This document shows, one piece after another, positions 1 through 6,797 of a stretch of DNA of 10,057 nt (position 1 is its first letter; each line of letters starts with the position of its first letter). The DNA comes from Snowella sp. (GTDB lineage: Bacteria; Cyanobacteriota; Cyanobacteriia; Cyanobacteriales; Microcystaceae). The stretch spans positions 1 through 10,057 of the forward strand of contig JAYKGY010000073.1 of NCBI GenBank assembly GCA_035285545.1, written 5' to 3'. The notes beneath the pieces were generated by a model. The model had not been told where the DNA came from and did no database searches. It saw only the letters and a program-made list of their open reading frames with translations. The position numbers and the translations under genes are program-made.

Positions 1-285
1 TGACTGGTTGCGGGCATCCGCCAATGTAGCCTTGTCAGGCATAGTCTGTAGTTGATGAGCATGATGGCAGGTCTGTAGAGCAGAAAACGCCATAATAACG
101 GCGATGAATATCATCAGTATCGATAGATAGTCAGCTTGTAATTCCTGCATAAAACTTAACGCAGATTGGCTCCTAGGCGAAACAACAGGAAGTAACGTCA
201 AGACTGTTATGATAGCTAAAAGCGCAAGATACCAATGGTTGAAATTATCGCCTGATGCTTCGACTATAGGCTTTTCTGACTGCAT
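1..285 (-). CDS. Partial (3'-truncated by window edge) hypothetical membrane protein with two predicted TM helices
   Basis: Absent from the ORF track. My manual translation from ATG at 285 is open for 95 codons to the edge: MQSEKPIVEASGDNFNHWYLALLAIITVLTLLPVVSPRSQSALSFMQELQADYLSILMIFIAVIMAFSALQTCHHAHQLQTMPDKATLADARNQS. Two hydrophobic segments. An in-frame TAG lies upstream with no earlier ATG. No obvious RBS. Confidence 0.55.
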   Translation of the reverse strand, partial: MQSEKPIVEASGDNFNHWYLALLAIITVLTLLPVVSPRSQSALSFMQELQADYLSILMIFIAVIMAFSALQTCHHAHQLQTMPDKATLADARNQS

Positions 286-362
286 CTTGGTTTTAATTGT
301 GCTCGAAATGGAATGATTTTGATGGGTATGCTTATTGACTTCAAGTAGTCCTAACTATATAT

Positions 363-465
363 TATGCGGAAATTTTCCGTATATAGCGCCAATACACATT
401 TTTTTTAAATCTTTCCGTATATTACGCTTAAATGGAGCGATCACGAGAAAATTTTCATATAACGT
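363..465. promoter_or_regulatory. Array of operator-like inverted/direct repeats upstream of the partial ORF
   Basis: Inverted repeat TATGCGGAAA-T-TTTCCGTATA (363-383, one mismatch); exact half-site copy TTTCCGTATA at 412-421; degenerate copy TTTTCATATA at 452-461 overlapping the palindrome GAAAATTTTC (447-456). Confidence 0.4.
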
Positions 466-562
466 TACAATAACCGTGTAATGTCTATTAGTCTACTCTT
501 TTATCAACCATTCTCCATCTAGCAACCTTCTGGACGTAATACGCGAAACATTCGTTTTAAAT

Positions 563-597
563 AAGAAAAATCCCTCCTTAATAACTTAAAGAGGGGA
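563..597 (-). terminator. Rho-independent terminator of fbaA
   Basis: Minus strand CCCTCTTTAA-GTTA-TTAAGGAGGG (10-bp stem with one G-U) followed by ATTTTTCTT, about 30 nt after the fbaA stop. Confidence 0.8.
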
Positions 598-627
598 ATA
601 AATTATTTAGACGAGTTTAATTAAAAA

Positions 628-1707
628 CTAGACAGCAACAGCTTTTTTAGCGGTAGAGCTTAATTCGCCTTTAGCATATTTAGCCGCATAATCATCTAAG
701 GTCAATTGCTTGATTTTGCTAGCATTGCCAGCCGTCCAGAATTGCTGATAACGTTCTGCACAAACCTGTTGCATGTATTTGATAGAAGGTTTGAGGAAGT
801 GGCGGGGGTCAAAGTTAGCGGGATCTTTAGCAGCCGCTTCACGGAATGCAGCAGTGATGGCTAAACGGTTGTCGGTGTCGATATTGACCTTGCGAACACC
901 ATTTTTAATCCCTTCTTGAATTTCTTCAACGGGTACACCATAGGTTTCAGGAATCGCACCACCGTATTGGTTGATCATGTCAATCCATTCTTTGGGAACG
1001 GAGGAAGAACCGTGCATTACCAAGTGGGTATTGGGGAGCAGTTGGTGAATTTCTTTGATGCGGCTGATGGCTAAAACTTCGCCAGTCGGCTTTTGGGTAA
1101 ATTTGTAAGCACCGTGGCTGGTTCCAATGGCAACGGCTAAAGCGTCAACTTGGGTTTTGGTTACGAATTCAACCGCTTCTTCAGGATCGGTTAACAGTTG
1201 GGAATGGTCTAATTTACCTTCAAAACCGTGACCGTCTTCTGCTTCACCTTGGCCCGTTTCCAGAGAACCTAAACAGCCTAATTCGCCTTCTACACTAGCA
1301 CCAACAGCGTGAGCAACTTTAACGACTTCAGCCGTAACGTTTACGTTGTACTCAAAGCTTGCGGGGGTTTTAGCATCAGCTTCTAAGGAACCATCCATCA
1401 TAACGCTGGTAAAACCGTTGCGGATAGCGGAATAGCAGGTTGCAGGGCTGTTACCATGATCCTGGTGCATGGCAATGGGAATATGAGGGTAAGTCTCAGA
1501 AGCAGCAAGAATTAAATGACGGAGGAAGTTTTCTCCAGCATAGCTACGTGCGCCACGGGATGCTTGTAAGATAACGGGGCTGTCAGTTGCATGAGCAGCC
1601 TGCATAATAGCGATAATTTGTTCTAGGTTATTAACGTTAAATGCGGGAATCCCATAGTCGTGCTCGGCCGCGTGATCCAACAATAGCCGCATAGGTACGA
1701 GAGCCAT
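628..1707 (-). CDS. fbaA: Class II fructose-1,6-bisphosphate aldolase (Calvin-cycle/cyanobacterial subtype)
   Basis: 359 aa; N-terminus [28 protein letters not shown]; metal/active-site motifs [29 protein letters not shown]; strong RBS. Confidence 0.98.
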   Translation of the reverse strand: MALVPMRLLLDHAAEHDYGIPAFNVNNLEQIIAIMQAAHATDSPVILQASRGARSYAGENFLRHLILAASETYPHIPIAMHQDHGNSPATCYSAIRNGFTSVMMDGSLEADAKTPASFEYNVNVTAEVVKVAHAVGASVEGELGCLGSLETGQGEAEDGHGFEGKLDHSQLLTDPEEAVEFVTKTQVDALAVAIGTSHGAYKFTQKPTGEVLAISRIKEIHQLLPNTHLVMHGSSSVPKEWIDMINQYGGAIPETYGVPVEEIQEGIKNGVRKVNIDTDNRLAITAAFREAAAKDPANFDPRHFLKPSIKYMQQVCAERYQQFWTAGNASKIKQLTLDDYAAKYAKGELSSTAKKAVAV

Positions 1708-1713
1708 AAGTGT

Positions 1714-1719
1714 CCTCCT
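1714..1719 (-). promoter_or_regulatory. Shine-Dalgarno site of fbaA
   Basis: AGGAGG on the minus strand, 6 nt upstream of the ATG at 1707. Confidence 0.85.
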
Positions 1720-1781
1720 AAAGTTATTACTTAATTTTTTCGATGGTTAGTTAAAAAACTTAACGCTGCATTATGTGTTTA

Positions 1782-1813
1782 ATCTTAAGATAGTTTTAAC
1801 ATTTTTTGACAAT
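1782..1813 (-). promoter_or_regulatory. Candidate fbaA promoter with overlapping HLR1-like direct repeat
   Basis: Minus strand TTGTCA (1812-1807), 19 nt (longer than ideal), TAAGAT (1787-1782). Plus strand TTAACATT-TT-TTGACAAT (1796-1813) resembles the HLR1 repeat (G/T)TTACA(T/A)(T/A)-N2. Confidence 0.35.
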
Positions 1814-1852
1814 TTATCCTCTGAAAACTCAGATAAAAAGATTAACCCCAGG

Positions 1853-2512
1853 TTAAGGCGCAGGGGGTTGGGAAGTTCCTGATGGGGGCGGGGTTTGCCC
1901 CGTTGGGACGGTTTGGGTTGGACTGGCTTGGGGTTTGGGTTCGGGTTTACGGACTTCGGGAATGGGTAAGAAGTAAACCGCTAAGGCCGCGATCGCGACA
2001 CTAACGAGACCTAAACTAGCAGGAACGACCCGTTGGGTAAGGGGTTCATCGGGTTGACGATAACGCCGCGAAACAGGTTGTAATTTAACAGAAAAATCGG
2101 GTAGGGCTTGACTGTCGGCAATAAATTGATCAACCGCTTCGACAAGATCAAATAGTTGTACCGTCGTTAAATCCAGAGATAACGGATCGGTATTGAGTTC
2201 AGGGGCAGGATACCAGGTCAAATGATGTAATCCTTCGGTTTTTGAGGGAACTAATTCGACGCGATCGCTCTCTTCTTTCTTCTCGGTTGGGTGATGAACA
2301 CCGCTTAAACACTCCTGGGCATAGCTATTGACGACTTTGACCAAATTTTCTAAAAACGCTCTACCGCCTTCTAACTTTTGATTAATGCCGACAAAATAAC
2401 ATTGCACATTCACCACAATTGCCAATGTATTATCGAGGGGATTACTCATATCGCTGAGTCCCTCTAAGACCAAAGTACAATTGGGCAAACTATACTGACG
2501 ACGAATATTCAT
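1853..2512 (-). CDS. DUF4335-family cyanobacterial protein with one C-terminal TM helix and a Pro-rich tail
   Basis: 219 aa; family-typical N-terminus IRRQYSLPNCTLVLEGLSD and motif LTTVQLFDLVEAVDQF; hydrophobic VVPASLGLVSVAIAALAVYFL then P/T/Q-rich tail; start overlaps the upstream stop (ATGA, 2509-2512). Confidence 0.8.
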   Translation of the reverse strand: MNIRRQYSLPNCTLVLEGLSDMSNPLDNTLAIVVNVQCYFVGINQKLEGGRAFLENLVKVVNSYAQECLSGVHHPTEKKEESDRVELVPSKTEGLHHLTWYPAPELNTDPLSLDLTTVQLFDLVEAVDQFIADSQALPDFSVKLQPVSRRYRQPDEPLTQRVVPASLGLVSVAIAALAVYFLPIPEVRKPEPKPQASPTQTVPTGQTPPPSGTSQPPAP

Positions 2513-3165
2513 GCCACTTCCCCATCAAACAAACTAATCCAAAACCGTTGCATTCCCGTTGTTCCCGTACAAAACAGTAATTGCTTGAGTAAGGACAACG
2601 CCAATTCATTTAAATCATCTTCTGACGATAAATAGACTGAGACTTTAGCGCGACGAGCATTCATCCGACTGCGAAAATGGGATCGAAACTGGTCTAAATA
2701 TTCTGATAAAACGAAATTGGTCGCTACTGGCAGATTTTTTTCCCGCATTTGCTGTTCTGCTAATAACAGTTGCCGAATCGTGACTGTTAATTGTTTAGCT
2801 CGGTAACTGGCAATAATGACTAAAGTTTTAGCTTGATCCAACGTCAAGGGAACTCGATTATAGGAACGTCGCCAGGGATTAGTACACCGTAATCGCCACA
2901 GCGTTAATCGATTATTAATAATTGTTTCTAAATTAAGCTGTTCAACCATTGTTAACATTTGCTCCGATCCCCCCAACTCCAACGCTTCGATCGCCAGTAA
3001 TAACAGATCAATTTGTTGTTGAATGTGGGTTGCACAACGCTGGCCTGAAATGGGGAAATCAGGTAAAGTCTTTAAAATAATCGGTTGAGAATCAACAAGC
3101 GTAGGAGAATCGGACATCAGGGTTGGGGTAGAACTCATCCTAGTAAGATTACCTGCATGGGTCAA
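2509..3165 (-). CDS. DUF3038-family cyanobacterial protein
   Basis: 218 aa; motifs IDLLLLAIEAL, LWRLRCTNPWRR, LLFCTGTTGMQRFWISLFDGE. The true start may be the downstream ATG at 3138 (MSSTP). Confidence 0.82.
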   Translation of the reverse strand: MTHAGNLTRMSSTPTLMSDSPTLVDSQPIILKTLPDFPISGQRCATHIQQQIDLLLLAIEALELGGSEQMLTMVEQLNLETIINNRLTLWRLRCTNPWRRSYNRVPLTLDQAKTLVIIASYRAKQLTVTIRQLLLAEQQMREKNLPVATNFVLSEYLDQFRSHFRSRMNARRAKVSVYLSSEDDLNELALSLLKQLLFCTGTTGMQRFWISLFDGEVA

Positions 3166-3319
3166 ACACCTTCTAGGTGCTTTTTCTATTATCGGTGATA
3201 TAGGAGGAGGTAAGAGAATCGACTCTCCATCTTATCATCAGTGGTCAAAAATCCTGATGAAGTTAACCGCGCTAACTCCTCCAAGATGGGCATTTAAAAC
3301 CGTCGAGTACCGCTATCAA

Positions 3320-3404
3320 CGGAGAGGGGGGGATTCGAACCCCCGTTAGGTTTCCCTAAAACAGATTTCGAGTCTGCCGCATTCAACCGCTCTGCCACCT
3401 CTCC
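3320..3404 (-). tRNA. tRNA-Ser(CGA), class II with long variable arm, CCA not encoded
   Basis: Minus strand GGAGAGGTGGCAGAGCGGTTGAATGCGGCAGACTCGAAATCTGTTTTAGGGAAACCTAACGGGGGTTCGAATCCCCCCCTCTCCG: acceptor stem GGAGAGG/CCTCTCC, anticodon arm GCAGA-CT-CGA-AA-TCTGT, variable arm TTAGG-GAAA-CCTAA, T-loop TTCGAAT, discriminator G. Confidence 0.97.
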
Positions 3405-3424
3405 AGCATTGCTTCTGGCTTATT

Positions 3425-5623
3425 TTAACTCAAATTGCCGTCCGTCGAATCAAGGATTGTTTGAAAACCTTGTTGGGGTGTCCACTGAATTGCTCCATCG
3501 ATTCCGGTAACATACAGTTGAATCCCTTGTTTTTCTAACAAATTACGAGTTTTACGGTCAACAGAACGGGAAATGGCGATCGCGGTTTTTACGGGAAAGG
3601 TCGTGATCCAGGTGGGGTCTAAGGTCTTGCCCTGCCAAATTAACACCGTTGGCGAAAAACTTCCTGATAATTGGGGTAAAGGACGATTCGCTTCGGGGAT
3701 GAACCACCAGTTTTGTTGAGGGAGCGTTAACTGTAATAGAGGCGGATCAAGATTTAATAATTGGGTTCCTGCACAACTTTGGGCAGTATCTGAATCTAAA
3801 AAACGTTGATTTTTGATAGTTGGTAATAGATTAACTTGACTCTCTTCGGGATTATTGATCGATGGAGCAAGATTTAAGGCACATTCAAGCTGATTAACGG
3901 CTTCTTGGGCAAGAAAGGGGGCTAGGGTAAACTGACGAGTGGCGCGATCGCCGTGATCAATTAAAGTAACTTGGGTTCGTCGTTGAATAGCAATAGCCGG
4001 AAATTTCGGGGTATCAAAAACCGTGACTTTCGTTAAAGTAAAGTGTTGAAGGATCAGGGGAAAGATCATTAACCCGATCATGGCTGTTCCGACAATTGGC
4101 CAACGCTTTTGCCACCATGAATTTAACCAAACTAAAACCATTCCCCCATAGATCAAAATTAAAATTCCTAATGGCATTTTGCCAGGTGAAAACGTGGGAA
4201 ACTGGCTAAAAAATCCTGCAATTTGAGTTAACCAGTGGGTAGGGAAATACAGTAACCAGGCGATCGCGCTTCCGATGGGGGGCACAATTAATCCAGTAAT
4301 GGCACTGATCATCCCACCAAAACTGATGACTTCGATTAACGGTGTCACTAAGATATTTAAAGGGATCGCATAAAGCACCAAGACGCTAAACTGACTCAAC
4401 AGTAACGGTAACGTCCAAAGGGAAGCCGCTAGGGGAATGGCAATAAAATTGGCAATTTTTGGCGGTAGAAAGTTAAAACTCTTTTCTAAATAGGGAGCCG
4501 TGACGATAATTCCCAAGGTTGCTAATACACTTAATTGAAACCCCAAGTCCCAGATCCAGATCGGCATAATTAACAATAAAACCGTAACCGCCACCAGCAA
4601 TGATCCCAAGGAATTCACACGGCGATCGCTGAGTTCCCCGATTAAAATGGCAAACCACATCACCCCTGCCCTGGTCACAGAAGGTTGAAAACCCGTTAGT
4701 CCCAGATACAACAACAGAACGGCTAAACCTAAGATAAATCGCGTTTTTTTCGACAATCCCTGTCCAAACTGTAAAACCGTCCCGACGAGTAAGGACACCT
4801 GAAACCCTGAAGCCGCCAGAACGTGAGCTAAACCCACTTGATTGAATAAGGTACGGGTAGCATAGGGAAGATTAACCGCTTTTGAGCCTAAAACAATTGA
4901 ACTGAGCAATAGACCTTCAAGACTTTTACCCTGTTCATTTTTCGGAAGCCAAGCCCCCTGAATAGTGACAATGCGTTGTCGAAGTTGGGAGAGAAGACAA
5001 AAGCCTGAGCCTACTGTTTTAGCGTTATAACCTTTTAATCCTGCAAATACCCCTTGGCTGGCCAAATATTGTTTAAAATCCATCGCGCCTGGATTAGAAG
5101 CCGCTTTCGGTCGATATAACGCCCCTGTTACTTGCACCTTTTGACAGGTTATTAAATTTTCTCCTGCTTCATTCGGTAAGGTGAGATAGAGTTTCCCTGT
5201 TACGGGTTGAAAATCACCGTTTTTACGAGCTTGTACTAATTCGGTGTTTAACCAAAATTGAACGCGACCTTGGGCATTAGTTTTCCCTTCACTGATTAAT
5301 TCCCCTCGAACCGTAACGACTTTGCGGGGAAACGAGGTTTGGGTTAAAACTTGACTAATATCGTTTTTCTGAGGCTGAGGTAAACGAAATTGAAAATAAA
5401 TAGCCGCAGTTAAGGCTACCAATCCCATAAGCAGATAAAAAGCCGGTTGTGGGCCTCTAGGCCACTTTTGGGGAATCACAAATGCTGACAAGGTTGTGAG
5501 TATTCCCAGACTACCGATTGGCGTTAACCATTGCCACCCAAACGTTTGCTCTCTTAATAAAAAAGTTGATAGTAATCCAACAATATAGGCTAAGCAGATA
5601 ACTAACCAGTGTTTTTGCCCCAT
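3425..5623 (-). CDS. comEC: ComEC/Rec2 DNA-uptake channel (OB/DUF4131 domain, Competence domain, degenerate beta-lactamase-like C-terminus)
   Basis: 732 aa polytopic membrane protein; NPGAMDFKQYL, GLAHVLAASGFQVSLL, PSVTRAGVM, WDLGFQLSVLATLG and C-terminal TGIDGAIQW motifs typical of ComEC. Confidence 0.93.
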   Translation of the reverse strand: MGQKHWLVICLAYIVGLLSTFLLREQTFGWQWLTPIGSLGILTTLSAFVIPQKWPRGPQPAFYLLMGLVALTAAIYFQFRLPQPQKNDISQVLTQTSFPRKVVTVRGELISEGKTNAQGRVQFWLNTELVQARKNGDFQPVTGKLYLTLPNEAGENLITCQKVQVTGALYRPKAASNPGAMDFKQYLASQGVFAGLKGYNAKTVGSGFCLLSQLRQRIVTIQGAWLPKNEQGKSLEGLLLSSIVLGSKAVNLPYATRTLFNQVGLAHVLAASGFQVSLLVGTVLQFGQGLSKKTRFILGLAVLLLYLGLTGFQPSVTRAGVMWFAILIGELSDRRVNSLGSLLVAVTVLLLIMPIWIWDLGFQLSVLATLGIIVTAPYLEKSFNFLPPKIANFIAIPLAASLWTLPLLLSQFSVLVLYAIPLNILVTPLIEVISFGGMISAITGLIVPPIGSAIAWLLYFPTHWLTQIAGFFSQFPTFSPGKMPLGILILIYGGMVLVWLNSWWQKRWPIVGTAMIGLMIFPLILQHFTLTKVTVFDTPKFPAIAIQRRTQVTLIDHGDRATRQFTLAPFLAQEAVNQLECALNLAPSINNPEESQVNLLPTIKNQRFLDSDTAQSCAGTQLLNLDPPLLQLTLPQQNWWFIPEANRPLPQLSGSFSPTVLIWQGKTLDPTWITTFPVKTAIAISRSVDRKTRNLLEKQGIQLYVTGIDGAIQWTPQQGFQTILDSTDGNLS

Positions 5624-5664
5624 GATTGACAGTTTTGATTATTTCTGAAAAATCATTGAGGGTT

Positions 5665-5693
5665 ATTGTACACAGATTAAATTATTTTTTCAA
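5665..5693 (-). promoter_or_regulatory. Sigma70-type promoter for comEC
   Basis: Minus strand TTGAAA (5693-5688), exactly 17 nt, TACAAT (5670-5665); 41 nt upstream of the ATG. Confidence 0.6.
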
Positions 5694-5715
5694 AACTCTA
5701 ATTGCTTCTATCTTT

Positions 5716-5721
5716 TATAAT
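5716..5721 (+). promoter_or_regulatory. Candidate -10 element for the divergent small gene
   Basis: Perfect TATAAT about 80 nt upstream of ATG 5803; no -35 at proper spacing. Confidence 0.3.
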
Positions 5722-5802
5722 CAGGGTGAGAACCGTTGCCAGTTTAGTGAAATCAGCGATCGCTAAAATTTGTAAATTGCTCAACTCAGAAAATTATTAA
5801 CT

Positions 5803-6066
5803 ATGCCAGAACCAATCACCATTGAGACTGATTTAAAAGATATTTTAACCCGATTTGATCAAAGGCTTGAAAGAATTGATGAACGTTTGAGCCGTTTGGA
5901 AATGGGGCAAGCTAGGATTGAAGAAAAGCTAGACAGTTTAGATAAACGAGTAGAAAAGTTAGAAGGTAGTCAAAGTAAACAAGTCTGGACACTTATTGCC
6001 ATTGTCGGTACTGCTTTAGTTGGAACTGTGATTCGTTTTGTGTTAACCAGTTTGCCTGCTGCCTAA
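5803..6066 (+). CDS. Small coiled-coil protein with C-terminal TM anchor (XhlA-like / DUF4164-like cyanobacterial family)
   Basis: 87 aa; heptad pattern FDQRLERIDERLSRLEMGQARIEEKLDSLDKRVEKLE then hydrophobic VWTLIAIVGTALVGTVIRFVL. Family label is from memory of similar proteins. Confidence 0.75.
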   Translation: MPEPITIETDLKDILTRFDQRLERIDERLSRLEMGQARIEEKLDSLDKRVEKLEGSQSKQVWTLIAIVGTALVGTVIRFVLTSLPAA

Positions 6067-6070
6067 AAAA

Positions 6071-6207
6071 TAACGTTGCTTGATCGAGCCTTTAAATAGA
6101 GTCGGTTAAGTCGGTTAACTTAAATCCAAGTAGGAATTTAACACTCTTAAATCACTGTTAAATCCTTTTGATGCTTCGTCTATTGCAAAACTCAATTAGC
6201 AACGTCA
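6071..6207 (-). other. Long self-complementary intergenic element (structured 3'UTR, sRNA or degenerate miniature inverted-repeat element)
   Basis: Nested complementarity ACGTTGCT (6073-6080)/AGCAACGT (6198-6205), GAG/CTC, AATAGA (6095-6100)/TCTATT (6179-6184); inner hairpin GGAATTTAACA (6133-6143)/TGTTAAATCC (6156-6165); minus-strand stem followed by a T6 tract. Confidence 0.4.
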
Positions 6208-6215
6208 AAGGTTCA

Positions 6216-6704
6216 CTAGGAAAGAGATAAACCTAAATTTATGCCTAAAATCGTATGAACGACCAGCAAAGTCATAATTCCGGCACCTAAATAGGCGTGA
6301 ACAGAGCGTAAGGCTTCTTTTTGTGAGCCACCAAACCCAAATAGTGAGATCAAGGAAGTAATGGCGAGTAATACGAGGGCAAGAGAGCCGGAAACAAAAT
6401 GGGGGCTTTCTAAAAGTGGGTGCTTTTGCATGACGAGGGATAAAATCCCGCCGGTGTAGCCCAAGGTGAGAAATAAAAACATCCAAGGGGCTAATTTACG
6501 GTGATCGGTTCGATTTTTGGCCGCAATTTCTGGGTCTGGGTTTAAACGGCTTTGCCAACCTGCGTAGGCGACATAGCCCCCCATCACAAAAATAACCGTT
6601 CCCATCATGACCGGATGTCCCCAATGCACGATGACCTCTGGCATCCCGAAGCTGGCAAACCAAGCGGCGATCGGCTCTAATAACTGACTTAGTTTGTCTC
6701 CCAT
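6216..6704 (-). CDS. DUF4079-family 4-TM membrane protein (cytochrome b561-like His pattern)
   Basis: 162 aa; HWGHPVMMG, DHRKLAPWMFLFLTLGYTGGILSLVMQ, LESPHF, LRSVHAYLG motifs; four hydrophobic helices. Confidence 0.82.
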   Translation of the reverse strand: MGDKLSQLLEPIAAWFASFGMPEVIVHWGHPVMMGTVIFVMGGYVAYAGWQSRLNPDPEIAAKNRTDHRKLAPWMFLFLTLGYTGGILSLVMQKHPLLESPHFVSGSLALVLLAITSLISLFGFGGSQKEALRSVHAYLGAGIMTLLVVHTILGINLGLSLS

Positions 6705-6797
6705 GAGTTTTTCCGTTGCTTAATATTTCTTAACAAAACTTATTTTAATGCCATTGTCATTTCAAGGAAACCAAATTCGGGCTTTTGTCATCTTGTA

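Noticed and set aside
370..465. Possible mini-CRISPR array (three repeats at ~39-bp period)
   Set aside because: Repeats are only 10-17 bp and degenerate, the period is too short, and no cas genes are present; treated as an operator-like array instead.
3254..3280. CTGATGA followed by a small stem (AGTTA...TAACT), resembling a hammerhead ribozyme core
   Set aside because: The required GAAA after stem II is absent and no stems I/III could be built.
3320..3345. tRNA-Ser 3' end as an integration (att) site
   Set aside because: No duplicated tRNA 3' end, no integrase, and the flanking genes look like core genome.
4473..4658. 61-aa minus-strand ORF from the track
   Set aside because: Fully nested out of frame in the conserved Competence domain of comEC; no RBS or recognisable motif.
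6205..6486. 93-aa minus-strand ORF from the track
   Set aside because: Alternative-frame shadow of the DUF4079 gene with atypical Arg/Phe-rich composition.
6720..6737. Second HLR1-like repeat TTAATATT-TC-TTAACAAA in the DUF4079/coiled-coil divergent spacer
   Set aside because: Three mismatches in very AT-rich DNA; not distinguishable from chance by eye.
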